Below, piece after piece: positions 1-9,201 of a DNA stretch of 64,000 nt (positions are counted from its first letter, which is position 1; each line of letters opens with the position of its first letter). This DNA comes from Candidatus Micrarchaeota archaeon. Lineage in GTDB: Archaea > Micrarchaeota > Micrarchaeia > Anstonellales > Bilamarchaeaceae. A model generated the notes under the pieces. That model was not told where the DNA came from. It saw nothing but the letters and a program-made list of their open reading frames with translations, and made no database searches. The stretch is taken from assembly GCA_022627495.1 (NCBI GenBank), contig JAKEGJ010000004.1:622-64621 (forward strand), given 5' to 3'. The translations under genes were made by a program, and so were the position numbers.

Positions 1-359
1 GTCACTTTGACCTCTGCCGGAATAACGTCCTCTATGATCCTGTCGCGGTTGTCAATGAACGTCACTTTTCCGCTGCACTCCGGGCAGCAGCAAATTGTAG
101 CCTCCTTCGTCTCATCTATGTGCTCTGGCATGGGCCTTGAGGCACCTTCATGGCCCTCTTCCCTCCCCGGCCTCTTGTTTCTGTGAGGCGTATCCTCTTT
201 GACGAATGACGGCAGCTTCTTTTCTGGTTCGACTATTGATTTGAGTAAACGACGGAGTTCTTGAACTTCTTGACGAAGTTCTTTGTTTTCCTGCCGTAGT
301 CTTACGTTTTCTGCTTCAAGCAACACTATGCGTTGCTCAAGCCTTTCGAGGGAGGTCAT
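1..359 (-). mobile_element. IS66-family transposase, N-terminal part (runs off the window edge)
   Basis: Manual translation from ATG at 359: MTSLERLEQRIVLLEAENVRLRQENKELRQEV (coiled coil)...RPGREEGHEG..CCCPECSG..IIEDVIPAEVKV, the leucine-zipper + PGxxxGHxG + zinc-finger layout of IS66 transposases. Confidence 0.8.
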
Positions 360-466
360 TATTGGTCTGAATGGGACTACGACAGAAAAATTATTGTGCC
401 TTTCTACTGTAATCGGCTAAACTGGTACTAAAAACCTATGTTCCCCTCTCAGCACATAAAAGAAAA

Positions 467-1495
467 TCAAGGAGTAAGTTTTTTCGCTTTACTTACCTCA
501 TTACAGATTTCATCATTAGCATTTTTGATTATCCTGAGCCCCTTTTCTATAGAATCGGTTTTCTCATGAATCTGCGTAACAATCGAAAGCAGGTCTTGGA
601 CAATATGTTCGTATTCTTTCAAATCGCCTTTGTCCAAATCTGCATTATACTGCTGAGAAATTAAATACCCAATAAAAGCAGCATTAGAATAACCGGTTAG
701 GACAACCCCCTCCGAGAGGGCATAAGAGCTTAATTCTGGTACTAGGTCATATATCGCATTTGGCACTGCCATCACACACAATCTGCAAGTTTTTGAAAGG
801 CTCTGATATTTTTTCACTTCCTGGATGCTATTGCTGACTTTATTCTGGATTTTCTTCTTTACTTTCTTTTGAACTTCTAGATCCTGAGCTTCAAGCTCTT
901 TAAGGAGGTCGAGAATGTCGTGGCATTTGGAATCTATCGGAAGATATTTTCCGTCATCTAGTTTCCATCCGAATTCAACCTTTAGGTTATGCCCAACAAC
1001 AATGTCAGTTTCAATAATATTGGATTTGATTAAGTCGTGGAAGTAACCCTTCAAGATGTTCTCTCCTGCTCCGCCTCTAGATTGTGTTCCTGAAAGCAAT
1101 TTTTGGATTTGGCCCATCTGAGATAACATCTGTTGTAACTGGATGAGTCGTTCCTGTTCTTTTTTATCTGTGGTCTCAATGATTTGCTTCCATCCCTTTT
1201 CACGTTCCTCTTGGACTTTCGAATTCCCCTCGACGTATTGTTTCCACTTCTGGTCCTTTTCGAATTGTAATCTCTCTTGAGCAGTTTCTCTTGCCAATCT
1301 GCTCTTTTCGATTTCCTCAAATTTGCCTTTAATCTCCGTTATCTGCTGATTAATATTAACAAGCGCAGCTCCAGACTCGCTACTTAACAGTTTTTTCTTT
1401 TCACTGTCTTTTCCAACGTAAAAACCAGCAATCCCACTCAAGACCGCAGTAATAACAAGAATAATCAAAACAATTATCAGTTCGACTACATCCAT
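467..1495 (-). CDS. rmuC: DNA recombination protein RmuC family
   Basis: N-terminal TM helix, coiled coil, RGGAGE..L, PIDSK nuclease-like motif; low GC. Confidence 0.8.
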   Translation of the reverse strand: MDVVELIIVLIILVITAVLSGIAGFYVGKDSEKKKLLSSESGAALVNINQQITEIKGKFEEIEKSRLARETAQERLQFEKDQKWKQYVEGNSKVQEEREKGWKQIIETTDKKEQERLIQLQQMLSQMGQIQKLLSGTQSRGGAGENILKGYFHDLIKSNIIETDIVVGHNLKVEFGWKLDDGKYLPIDSKCHDILDLLKELEAQDLEVQKKVKKKIQNKVSNSIQEVKKYQSLSKTCRLCVMAVPNAIYDLVPELSSYALSEGVVLTGYSNAAFIGYLISQQYNADLDKGDLKEYEHIVQDLLSIVTQIHEKTDSIEKGLRIIKNANDEICNEVSKAKKLTP

Positions 1496-1502
1496 AGAGT
1501 AT

Positions 1503-1634
1503 TCACTTGTTCGCTAAGTAATCGACTACCCCTTCGTAATCTGCAATCACTTTCTTGACTAGGGCCTTCGCATCGAAGGCATGTCTTTCTACCTCTTTCT
1601 TCTCCGGCTTTTTAGAGGTCAATATTAACACCAT
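1503..1634 (-). CDS. Microprotein (43 aa, or 39 aa from TTG), putative Doc-partner antitoxin-like peptide
   Basis: MVLILTSKKPEKKEVERHAFDAKALVKKVIADYEGVVDYLANK; packed tightly between doc and rmuC; paralog at 62389-62502. Confidence 0.7.
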   Translation of the reverse strand: MVLILTSKKPEKKEVERHAFDAKALVKKVIADYEGVVDYLANK

Positions 1635-1641
1635 TTTCCAC

Positions 1642-2235
1642 TTATTCTACAATATATTCTCTCAAAAACAATTTAATAAACTTCTTAACGTCCTGTTCGG
1701 CCGGTTCTCTGCCCGTTTTCCCAAGAATCCCCTTCTCGATAAGACGCTCTTTTAACGGTTTTGGGTTGCTTCCTTCGGCCCAACTGGCTATGATTTCCAT
1801 AGTTTTACCCTGAGTTTCGGATTCCTTCTCGTCAGCCGGTTTCCATAACTTGTATTTCGTTTTGAGCTTGGGATTCACGTAAAGTTTGAGGTTAATCTCC
1901 AACAGAGTAATCGCCGTAGAGAATGCGGTGGTTTTGTTCCCTTCCAGGAAGGGATGGCGGCATGCAATATAAAAGAGGATTTCAGAGGAAACATGGACGG
2001 CATTATCCAGATAAGCATCCGTTTTGTACTTATGATTATTCAACTTGTACACAAGATAATCCAACTCGCCCTCATTCCTGAATCCGAACGGGTCATCTTT
2101 GCCGTGTGTTTTCCTATGCTCGATGATTGATTTGTTGATGAAGGCAATCAGTTCTTTCGTTGGTGTATAGATGCCGAATGGCTCTAAAACAAGCGCAGCT
2201 GCAATCCCTGGCCGTGGGGCCTTTTCCATATCCAA
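1642..2235 (-). CDS. Fic/Doc family protein
   Basis: HPFLEGNKTTA Fic/Doc motif; GFRNEGELD N-terminal motif. Confidence 0.85.
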   Translation of the reverse strand: MDMEKAPRPGIAAALVLEPFGIYTPTKELIAFINKSIIEHRKTHGKDDPFGFRNEGELDYLVYKLNNHKYKTDAYLDNAVHVSSEILFYIACRHPFLEGNKTTAFSTAITLLEINLKLYVNPKLKTKYKLWKPADEKESETQGKTMEIIASWAEGSNPKPLKERLIEKGILGKTGREPAEQDVKKFIKLFLREYIVE

Positions 2236-2443
2236 ACTATCCCCGACCTAGCTTTATATTCTTCTCGTCTCAGATGCTCAGTCGGCGGTTTGGCTCGAAC
2301 CTCTGCTCTCAGAACGGTTCTGGGGTATCTTCCCCTGCACTTTTTAATGCGCCAGGTCTGGTTACGAGAGTGCATTCCTAATACGCCAGCACCCCCAAAA
2401 ACATATAAACCTAGCATGGGTGTTATCGAAAACGGGTGGATCT

Positions 2444-3841
2444 ATGGCGAAAAACAACCTGCTCAAAACGCTCAATCCCAAGCAGATGGCTTATGTGAAC
2501 CTCGAACTCAAGAATCCGCAGAACGGGGAATACCTTCTCAGCGTCTTCCGTCTCGTCCCTGGCGGAACCTTAAACATCCTGCAGGCAGCTGCGGAGGTGG
2601 CCGCCGAATCATCGACCGGAACCAATTTCAAGGTCAATACCGAGACGGCATTCTCGAAGCAGATGAACGCCCTCGTCTACCGGGTTGACCAGAAAAAGAG
2701 CCTGGTATGGATAGCCTACCCCTGGCGCCTTTTCGACAGGCAGGGCAACGTCCTTGGCATGAAGGAGGTCGAGGCCCTCAAGCTGCTTGACGTCTGGTTC
2801 CCCCCGGCCATGCTGGAGCAGTACGACGGACCGAGCTACACGCTTGACGATATGAGGAAATATCTCGGCGTCCAAGGCCGGCCGATACTCGGCACGATTG
2901 TCAAGCCGAAGATGGGGCTCACCTCCGCAGAATACGCCGAGGTGTGCTACGACTTCTGGGTCGGAGGCGGCGATTTCGTCAAGAACGACGAACCCCAGGC
3001 CGACCAGGACTTCTGCCCCTATGGCAAGATGGTAGAGCACGTTAAGCGGGCGATGGACCTCGCTGTAAAGAAAACAGGAAAAAAGAAAGTCCATTCCTTC
3101 AACGTCTCGGCGGCCGATTTCGACATCATGATAGAGCGGTGCGAGATGATAAGGGAAGCGGGTTTCGAGCCGGGCAGCTACGCGTTTTTGATTGACGGAA
3201 TCACCGCAGGCTGGATGGCCGTGCAGACATTGAGGCGGAGATACCCCGATGTCTTCATTCATTTCCACCGCGCCGCCCACGGTGCCTTCACGAGGGATGA
3301 GAATCCCTTGGGATTCACGGTGCTCGTTCTGTCCAAATTCGCACGGCTTGCCGGGGCATCCGGCATACACACCGGGACGGCGGGGGTTGGCAAGATGGCC
3401 GGCAGCCCCGAAGAGGACATCATCGCCGCCCATGCCATCCTTCATCTCCACAGCAAAGGGCACTATTTCGAGCAATCGTGGGCGAAAATCCCCGAGACGG
3501 ACAAGGATACAGCCGACCTCGAGCACGAGGACCAGGCGCACCGCGACATCCTGAGGGACGACGACTGGAGGGGGATGAAAAAGTGCTGCCCTGTAATCTC
3601 CGGCGGCCTCAACCCGACCCTCCTCAAGCCGTTCATCGACGTGATGGGCAACACCGATTTCATAACGACGATGGGCGCTGGCTGCCATGCCCATCCGAAA
3701 GGGACCCGCGCCGGAGCCATGGCGCTGGTCCAGGCTTGCGAGGCGTACAAGAAAAAGGCAGACATCCGGAAATACGCTAAATCGCACAAGGAGCTCGCGG
3801 AAGCGATAGCATTTTTCACGAAGAAGAAAAAGAAGCGCTAG
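2444..3841 (+). CDS. rbcL: RuBisCO large subunit, form II/III
   Basis: GTIVKPKMGL, GGDFVKNDEPQ, HFHRAAHG, GKMAG, SGG motifs; insertion before KKCCPVISGG resembling the Methanococcoides assembly domain. Confidence 0.95.
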   Translation: MAKNNLLKTLNPKQMAYVNLELKNPQNGEYLLSVFRLVPGGTLNILQAAAEVAAESSTGTNFKVNTETAFSKQMNALVYRVDQKKSLVWIAYPWRLFDRQGNVLGMKEVEALKLLDVWFPPAMLEQYDGPSYTLDDMRKYLGVQGRPILGTIVKPKMGLTSAEYAEVCYDFWVGGGDFVKNDEPQADQDFCPYGKMVEHVKRAMDLAVKKTGKKKVHSFNVSAADFDIMIERCEMIREAGFEPGSYAFLIDGITAGWMAVQTLRRRYPDVFIHFHRAAHGAFTRDENPLGFTVLVLSKFARLAGASGIHTGTAGVGKMAGSPEEDIIAAHAILHLHSKGHYFEQSWAKIPETDKDTADLEHEDQAHRDILRDDDWRGMKKCCPVISGGLNPTLLKPFIDVMGNTDFITTMGAGCHAHPKGTRAGAMALVQACEAYKKKADIRKYAKSHKELAEAIAFFTKKKKKR

Positions 3842-3842
3842 C

Positions 3843-5069
3843 TTGGCAAAGCGATTGGCAGGCATGGGGGGCGAGAGGGATATGAATGGACACACTGGCG
3901 CAGACTGGCGTAAAATGAAGAAAGCCGCAGAGGCATGGCTGGGCCCCATGTCGAAGGCGGGTATCAACCGCAGGCTGCGGCAATGGAAGAGGAGCGTAAG
4001 CGATATCTCCTGGCGCCGTTCGGCATCCGCCCTAACCGAGCGCATGCGCGCTATGAAAAGGCTGCTCGAAGGAAGGGAATATCCGCATCCGGACTCGTTC
4101 TTCTTCGCCATCGAGGATTTGCCGTACATGGGCAAGGAATACTGGTTCCTCCATTTCGTGGTCCCCGGGAGCGACGAGCAGGTCGTCATCACCGCAGGGC
4201 GCTCACAGGAGCCTGTCAAGGTCAATAAAACCAAGGTGCGCGATGTCGCGCCCAAGGCTGCAGGCGATAAGGATGCCAAAGTCGTGGACTGCGCTGCGGT
4301 CTGCTGGATGTATTCCGGCAAGAAGGAGGTCTTCATAGATGCCGGCGGCCAGGTCGGGCTCTCCGGAAAAGGCGAGTCCCAGCGCATATTCTTCAGGAAC
4401 GCCCAAAACGAGATGAGCATGTCCGGCGCATACCCCCAATTCGACATCGTCCTGAAAAAAGGCGGGCATGAGGTTTTTTACGCAAATGCACGGCCGAAAA
4501 AGCGCGGTCTTCCGTGGGAGATGCCCCCGCGCATGATTGCGAGCCCCATCTTCAAGGGATACGATGCGCTCCTCGTCAACTACTATTTCGATTTCAAAGG
4601 CCGGATGAGGGGAAAGCCGGTGAAGGGCAGGGCATACCTGCAGAAGGTCGTCGCCGCAATCCCCCTGGCCCCGTGGAACTGGGTGCGCCTGGAATTCGCG
4701 AAAGGCGCGACCCTCGACTATTTCGCCGGAAAGCCTTTGGGCGAGAACGCAGGCCCGAAGGTGCGCTTCCCGTGCAACGACTTCGTGGAAATCGATGGAA
4801 AGCGCATAAAGATGAGCGACCTCGAGATCCAGAGCTTCATGGACGGCGAGACAAGGCGGTGGGTGCTCAGCGGCAAGAACCTGTTTGTTTCAATGGAGTC
4901 CTACTCTCTCCAGCCGTTCTCCATGAAGCAGAACACGGTGTTCCAATATGATGAATACCTGGTCAGGGTCAAGGATTTCGTCTTGAGGGGCGGCAAAAAG
5001 ACCTATACGCTGAAGGATTTGGGCCCGGCAAGCGGGATAATCGAGGATGCGTACGGATACCTGCTCTGA
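3843..5069 (+). CDS. Hypothetical protein, tocopherol cyclase/CrtC (AttH-like) fold predicted; start uncertain
   Basis: EYWFLHF, AYLQKV..PLAPWNW, FQYDEY, GIIEDAYGYLL; paralogous to 6445-7560. Confidence 0.55.
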   Translation: MAKRLAGMGGERDMNGHTGADWRKMKKAAEAWLGPMSKAGINRRLRQWKRSVSDISWRRSASALTERMRAMKRLLEGREYPHPDSFFFAIEDLPYMGKEYWFLHFVVPGSDEQVVITAGRSQEPVKVNKTKVRDVAPKAAGDKDAKVVDCAAVCWMYSGKKEVFIDAGGQVGLSGKGESQRIFFRNAQNEMSMSGAYPQFDIVLKKGGHEVFYANARPKKRGLPWEMPPRMIASPIFKGYDALLVNYYFDFKGRMRGKPVKGRAYLQKVVAAIPLAPWNWVRLEFAKGATLDYFAGKPLGENAGPKVRFPCNDFVEIDGKRIKMSDLEIQSFMDGETRRWVLSGKNLFVSMESYSLQPFSMKQNTVFQYDEYLVRVKDFVLRGGKKTYTLKDLGPASGIIEDAYGYLL

Positions 5070-5107
5070 AGGCGCCGCTTATCCCTGAGCGGAACACTGC
5101 CCCGCTC

Positions 5108-6382
5108 TTATGGCAGAAGCAGCTTCAGGTAGAATGCGGGCGAGACGACCTTCTCCTTCTCCTTGTCGGAGCCGAGCATGTCCACAAGCATCTGCCTGAC
5201 TTCCGGCTTGTCGGCCGCCTTCCCGATGAAAAGGTTGAGCAGGAACTTATGGCGCGAAAGCCTCTGGAGCCGGTATGAATTCGCCATGTCCTTGCGGAGG
5301 AACCTGGCGACCTTCTCCTCATAAGAGCCCAGTGCCGATGCGGGCAGCGCATCATCGCCCTTGTGGTTTTCGAGCGCAGAATCGATGGCGAGCGCGGCAT
5401 ATTTGCCGGATGAGAGCGCATTTCCCACCCCCTCGCCCGAAAACGGGTCCACGAGGGATGCGGCATCCCCGACAAGAAGCCAGCCGTCGCCGGTATTCGG
5501 CTTCCTGTATGAGCCGTTCGGGATTGCCCATCCGCCGACTTTGCCCTCCAATTTCGCATTTGCGAACCTCGGCGCTATAGAGGGATGATTGCTGATAGCT
5601 TCCTGAAGTATCGTAGTGGGGTGCTTGCCCTTCAAATCGGATGACAATATGCCAAGGCCGACATTCGCCTTGCCCTCCGCCATTGGGAATATCCACAGGT
5701 ATCCGGGCAGGACGCCGTCAATGAAATAAAGCTCGATGCTGCCGCTTAATCCGCTTATGCCGCTCCAGTACCCCCTTACGGCCGAATATATGTGCTCTTT
5801 CGGCTGGGATTCCGGCACAACCTGCCGGCCGACGATGGATGCTGCGCCATCGGCTCCGACAACCACCTTGGAAAAGAACCTCATCCCCTTCCTGTTCCCG
5901 CCAATTGACAAGGCCCCGCTCACCCCGCAGACCGCGCCTGAGGGGGATCTTTCGAGGCTGGTGACTGAAAAACCCTGCAGGATTGTTATGTTCTTTTGGC
6001 CCTGGGCAAGCTGGAAAAATAGGTTGTCGACCTTCTGCCTTTCTACCGTGTATCCGGCGAATTCCATTCCGCTGGCGTTCGGGAAGGGCACATCTACCTT
6101 CTTCCCGCTCGGGGCGACCATCATAAGCCCCCTCACGATTCCGTGCGGGAGGCGGGGGATATCGCCGAGCACCCCCAGTTCGCGGGCTATCCCGATTGAT
6201 TTTCCGGAAAACGCGTCACCGCAAACCTTCTCCCTGGGAAAAGTCGCCTTATCCAGCAGGAGCACCTTCCTTCCGGACCTGGCCAGAAACAGCGCGCACG
6301 AGCACCCCGACGGCCCTGCGCCTACCACTATGGCATCGAATCTCTTATCCGCCGGGGGAATTCCAGAAGTGAGCTTGGTCAT
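5108..6382 (-). CDS. Geranylgeranyl reductase family FAD oxidoreductase
   Basis: GAGPSG, FPREKVCGD, GADG, PGYLWIFP, GDAASLVDPFSGEGV. Confidence 0.9.
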   Translation of the reverse strand: MTKLTSGIPPADKRFDAIVVGAGPSGCSCALFLARSGRKVLLLDKATFPREKVCGDAFSGKSIGIARELGVLGDIPRLPHGIVRGLMMVAPSGKKVDVPFPNASGMEFAGYTVERQKVDNLFFQLAQGQKNITILQGFSVTSLERSPSGAVCGVSGALSIGGNRKGMRFFSKVVVGADGAASIVGRQVVPESQPKEHIYSAVRGYWSGISGLSGSIELYFIDGVLPGYLWIFPMAEGKANVGLGILSSDLKGKHPTTILQEAISNHPSIAPRFANAKLEGKVGGWAIPNGSYRKPNTGDGWLLVGDAASLVDPFSGEGVGNALSSGKYAALAIDSALENHKGDDALPASALGSYEEKVARFLRKDMANSYRLQRLSRHKFLLNLFIGKAADKPEVRQMLVDMLGSDKEKEKVVSPAFYLKLLLP

Positions 6383-6444
6383 GCTATCCCACCTTACATT
6401 GTCGCGGAGTCATTAATAAAACGCTTTCTGATGAAACCAGAGTC

Positions 6445-7560
6445 ATGCCGCAAACGAGGGAAGAGCTGATTCGGGGCATCTGGACCCCCCCAGCATACTG
6501 GAAAATAGGCGGCTCCTGGTTCTGGTGGTTCTGGCTGTTTTTCATCCATGACGAAAATACCGTCAAAACCGGCAAATGCCGCCAGCTTATGATACTCTGG
6601 TCCATCAAGAAGGACAGGCGCATCCATTGCAATTCCCTGGACATAAGCATCCCGAAGCAGATCGAGAGGGAAGGGGATTCGAAATGGCGCCTGAACGGAG
6701 CCGCGGCGGCATGGTATTTCGACGGAGAAAAAATGCACGACGATTTCGTCCTGGAAAAATCGTCAATGTCCCTGGATCCGGAGAAGCTCGCCCTCATAGC
6801 CCCGGGCGCAACGCCTTCGTCGTTCACTATGGACGGCGATAAGTATGTGACCAAAATCTCCTCAAAAACCGAATCCGGCCCGGTCGAATTCGAATTCCGC
6901 GCCCGCCAGGAGGACCTGAACGAGGCCGTGGGCCCGGTGCAGGGAAAGACCTCGCTTCCCCTGGGCATGGTCGTGGAGGGGACGATGATAGAGCGGCTGG
7001 CGCTTCGGGGCACGGAGACCCGCGGCGGCAAGACGTCCGCCATCGCGGGGACCGCATATTTCCAGAAGATTCTTGTTGCCGCCCCCCCGCCCCAGTGGTA
7101 CTGGGGCGTATACCACTTCGACGAGGGCAGTTTCCTAACTTTCATGGTATCCTATGCGGGCAGGGCGACGCTCGCGGACAATGCATGGCGCGGGGCGAAA
7201 CTGAAAAAGCCGACACTGCCGGTCCAGGAGAATATCATGTTCTATCACGCGCCTACCGGGCGGGTATTCAAGGGCAACCGCGTTTCCGTCACCCCGAAAA
7301 AGGAAGGCGGCGAGCTTTGGTCGCACAAGGTCCATGGAAAGGGGGATGGCTTTGAGATAGACGCGTTCGCGAAGGCGTACGCCCACTCGTGCTGGAAATT
7401 CGTCAAGAATGTCGGCGCGCTCCCGGCCAAATCGACCTTCAAGTACAACGAGTATCCTGCCGTCTTGGAACGCCTCGAGCTCCGCCTGCATGGAGGGGAG
7501 AAAATCGCGCTCAAAAACGGCTGGGGCAACATGGAGAACTCCTGGGGGTTCCTAATCTAA
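6445..7560 (+). CDS. Hypothetical protein, tocopherol cyclase/CrtC-like fold predicted
   Basis: WFWWFWLFF, AYFQKI..APPPQWYW, FKYNEY, GNMENSWGFLI; paralog of 3843-5069. Confidence 0.55.
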   Translation: MPQTREELIRGIWTPPAYWKIGGSWFWWFWLFFIHDENTVKTGKCRQLMILWSIKKDRRIHCNSLDISIPKQIEREGDSKWRLNGAAAAWYFDGEKMHDDFVLEKSSMSLDPEKLALIAPGATPSSFTMDGDKYVTKISSKTESGPVEFEFRARQEDLNEAVGPVQGKTSLPLGMVVEGTMIERLALRGTETRGGKTSAIAGTAYFQKILVAAPPPQWYWGVYHFDEGSFLTFMVSYAGRATLADNAWRGAKLKKPTLPVQENIMFYHAPTGRVFKGNRVSVTPKKEGGELWSHKVHGKGDGFEIDAFAKAYAHSCWKFVKNVGALPAKSTFKYNEYPAVLERLELRLHGGEKIALKNGWGNMENSWGFLI

Positions 7561-7587
7561 GCCCGCGCCGGCTACGCATGGCACGCA

Positions 7588-7625
7588 TATATTCATATTT
7601 TTAAATATTTACAATCATAAATATC
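7588..7625 (+). promoter_or_regulatory. AT-rich promoter with probable ArsR operator
   Basis: ATATTCATATTTTTAAATAT imperfect inverted repeat directly upstream of arsR ATG. Confidence 0.4.
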
Positions 7626-7627
7626 AT

Positions 7628-7882
7628 ATGGCTTCTGGCCGAACGCGCCTTTTCAAGGCATTGTCCGACGGCACGCGCCTGAAAATCGTGGAAATCCTCC
7701 TAAAGGGCGAGCGGTGCGCATGCGAACTGCCAAAAATGGTCGGGAAAGCCCAGCCCACCGTCTCGCTTCAATTGAAGAAGCTCGTGAAGGCGGGCGTACT
7801 CAAATGCCGCAAAGACGGCGCAAAATCGATTTATCGCGTTAGTGAGCCGAATGTGAAGAAAATGCTGGAGCTGGTTGGATGA
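7628..7882 (+). CDS. ArsR/SmtB family transcriptional regulator
   Basis: FKALSDGTRLKI..CACEL..QPTVSLQLKKL. Confidence 0.9.
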   Translation: MASGRTRLFKALSDGTRLKIVEILLKGERCACELPKMVGKAQPTVSLQLKKLVKAGVLKCRKDGAKSIYRVSEPNVKKMLELVG

Positions 7883-8121
7883 TTATCGAAGTGGTAGGCA
7901 GCGGATGCCGCAAATGCATGGAGCTTGAAAAAAGGGCGAAGGAAGCGGCCATTAAATCCGGCATCAAGGCCGATGTCGTCCATGTTTTCGACGTCTCGCG
8001 CATCATCGAGATGGGCATCGTTTCAACCCCGGCAATCCTGATAAACGGGAAGGTGGCGCTCAGCGGCTCCCTCCCCAACGTCGATGAATTAATCGTCCTA
8101 TTCAGGGAAAAGGCGAACTGA
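7879..8121 (+). CDS. Small redox-active disulfide protein (thioredoxin-like, MTH895 type)
   Basis: GSGCRKC...GIVSTPAILING. Confidence 0.85.
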   Translation: MIIEVVGSGCRKCMELEKRAKEAAIKSGIKADVVHVFDVSRIIEMGIVSTPAILINGKVALSGSLPNVDELIVLFREKAN

Positions 8122-9164
8122 TGGACGTCATCGTTCTAATCCTGGCAGGCCTTGCGGCAATACAGGACTACGTACTCGCGCACACGCTCTTCTGCCTCAT
8201 ACCCGCGTTCTTCATCGCCGGTGCCATGGCCGCCCTGATACCCAAGCGGATGCTGCTGCCCTATCTCGGGAAGGATTCGCCAAAGCATGTCGCCTACCCG
8301 ATTGCAGTCGCTAGCGGCCTGCTCCTTGCCGTGTGCTCATGCACGGTCCTGCCGCTTTTTGCAGGCATCAGGAAGGGCGGTGCCGGAATAGGCCCGGCCA
8401 TCGTCTTCCTTTACACCGCCCCTGCGACCAACATAATGGCCATCCTGTACACCGGCAGCCTGATTGGGTGGGACATCGCCCTGGCCAGGATAATCCTCTC
8501 AATAGCGTTTGCGGTCATAATCGGCCTAATCATCTCAAAAATATCCGACCATGGTGCGGAAAAGGAAGGAGCTGACGCATTCGAAAAACATGCAGGCGGG
8601 CCGGATACCAAGCGCCTTTTCCTCCTCTTTGGCGCTCTCCTTGGCATACTGCTTGTCGGAACGAGAATCAGCGAGGACTTCATCAAATACCCGGCTGTCG
8701 CAGGGTTGATAATCCTCACGTTATGGATTTCGTCCAGGTATTTCACCAGGGAAGAGGTAAGCGGCTGGATGGATGAGACCTGGGGCTTTGCTAAGACTAT
8801 AGCTCCGCTTCTTCTCATAGGCGTTTTCGCATCCGGAATAATACGCGAGGTCATGCCCCCAGACCTGATTCCCACGTACATGGGCCAGAACACACTCATT
8901 GCCATGGTAATCCCGGTCCTCTTCGGCATCTTCGTATACTTCCCCACGCTTGTGGAAGTCCCGATGGCGAGGATGTTTTTGGATTTGGGTATGGCCAAGG
9001 GCCCGCTTCTTGCATATATGCTCGCCGACCCGGTCATCTCGCTTCCAAGCATCCTAGTCGTCCGCAAGATAATGGGCAACCGCGACACCGGCATATATGT
9101 ATTGCTGATATTCGTCCTTAGCGTACTCGCCGGCCTTGGCGCGGGGCAAGTGCTTTTTTCCTGA
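8121..9164 (+). CDS. Permease, DUF318/ArsP family
   Basis: CLIPAFFIAG, AVCSCTVLP, YFPTLVEVP; multi-TM; in operon with arsR. Confidence 0.85.
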   Translation: MDVIVLILAGLAAIQDYVLAHTLFCLIPAFFIAGAMAALIPKRMLLPYLGKDSPKHVAYPIAVASGLLLAVCSCTVLPLFAGIRKGGAGIGPAIVFLYTAPATNIMAILYTGSLIGWDIALARIILSIAFAVIIGLIISKISDHGAEKEGADAFEKHAGGPDTKRLFLLFGALLGILLVGTRISEDFIKYPAVAGLIILTLWISSRYFTREEVSGWMDETWGFAKTIAPLLLIGVFASGIIREVMPPDLIPTYMGQNTLIAMVIPVLFGIFVYFPTLVEVPMARMFLDLGMAKGPLLAYMLADPVISLPSILVVRKIMGNRDTGIYVLLIFVLSVLAGLGAGQVLFS

Positions 9165-9201
9165 GCGAATGGCATAAAAACGCCATGCGGAATATAATCC
9201 C

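Noticed and set aside
2609-4447. 612-aa minus-strand ORF and many other long antisense ORFs
   Set aside because: Shadow frames of GC-rich real genes; no recognisable motifs
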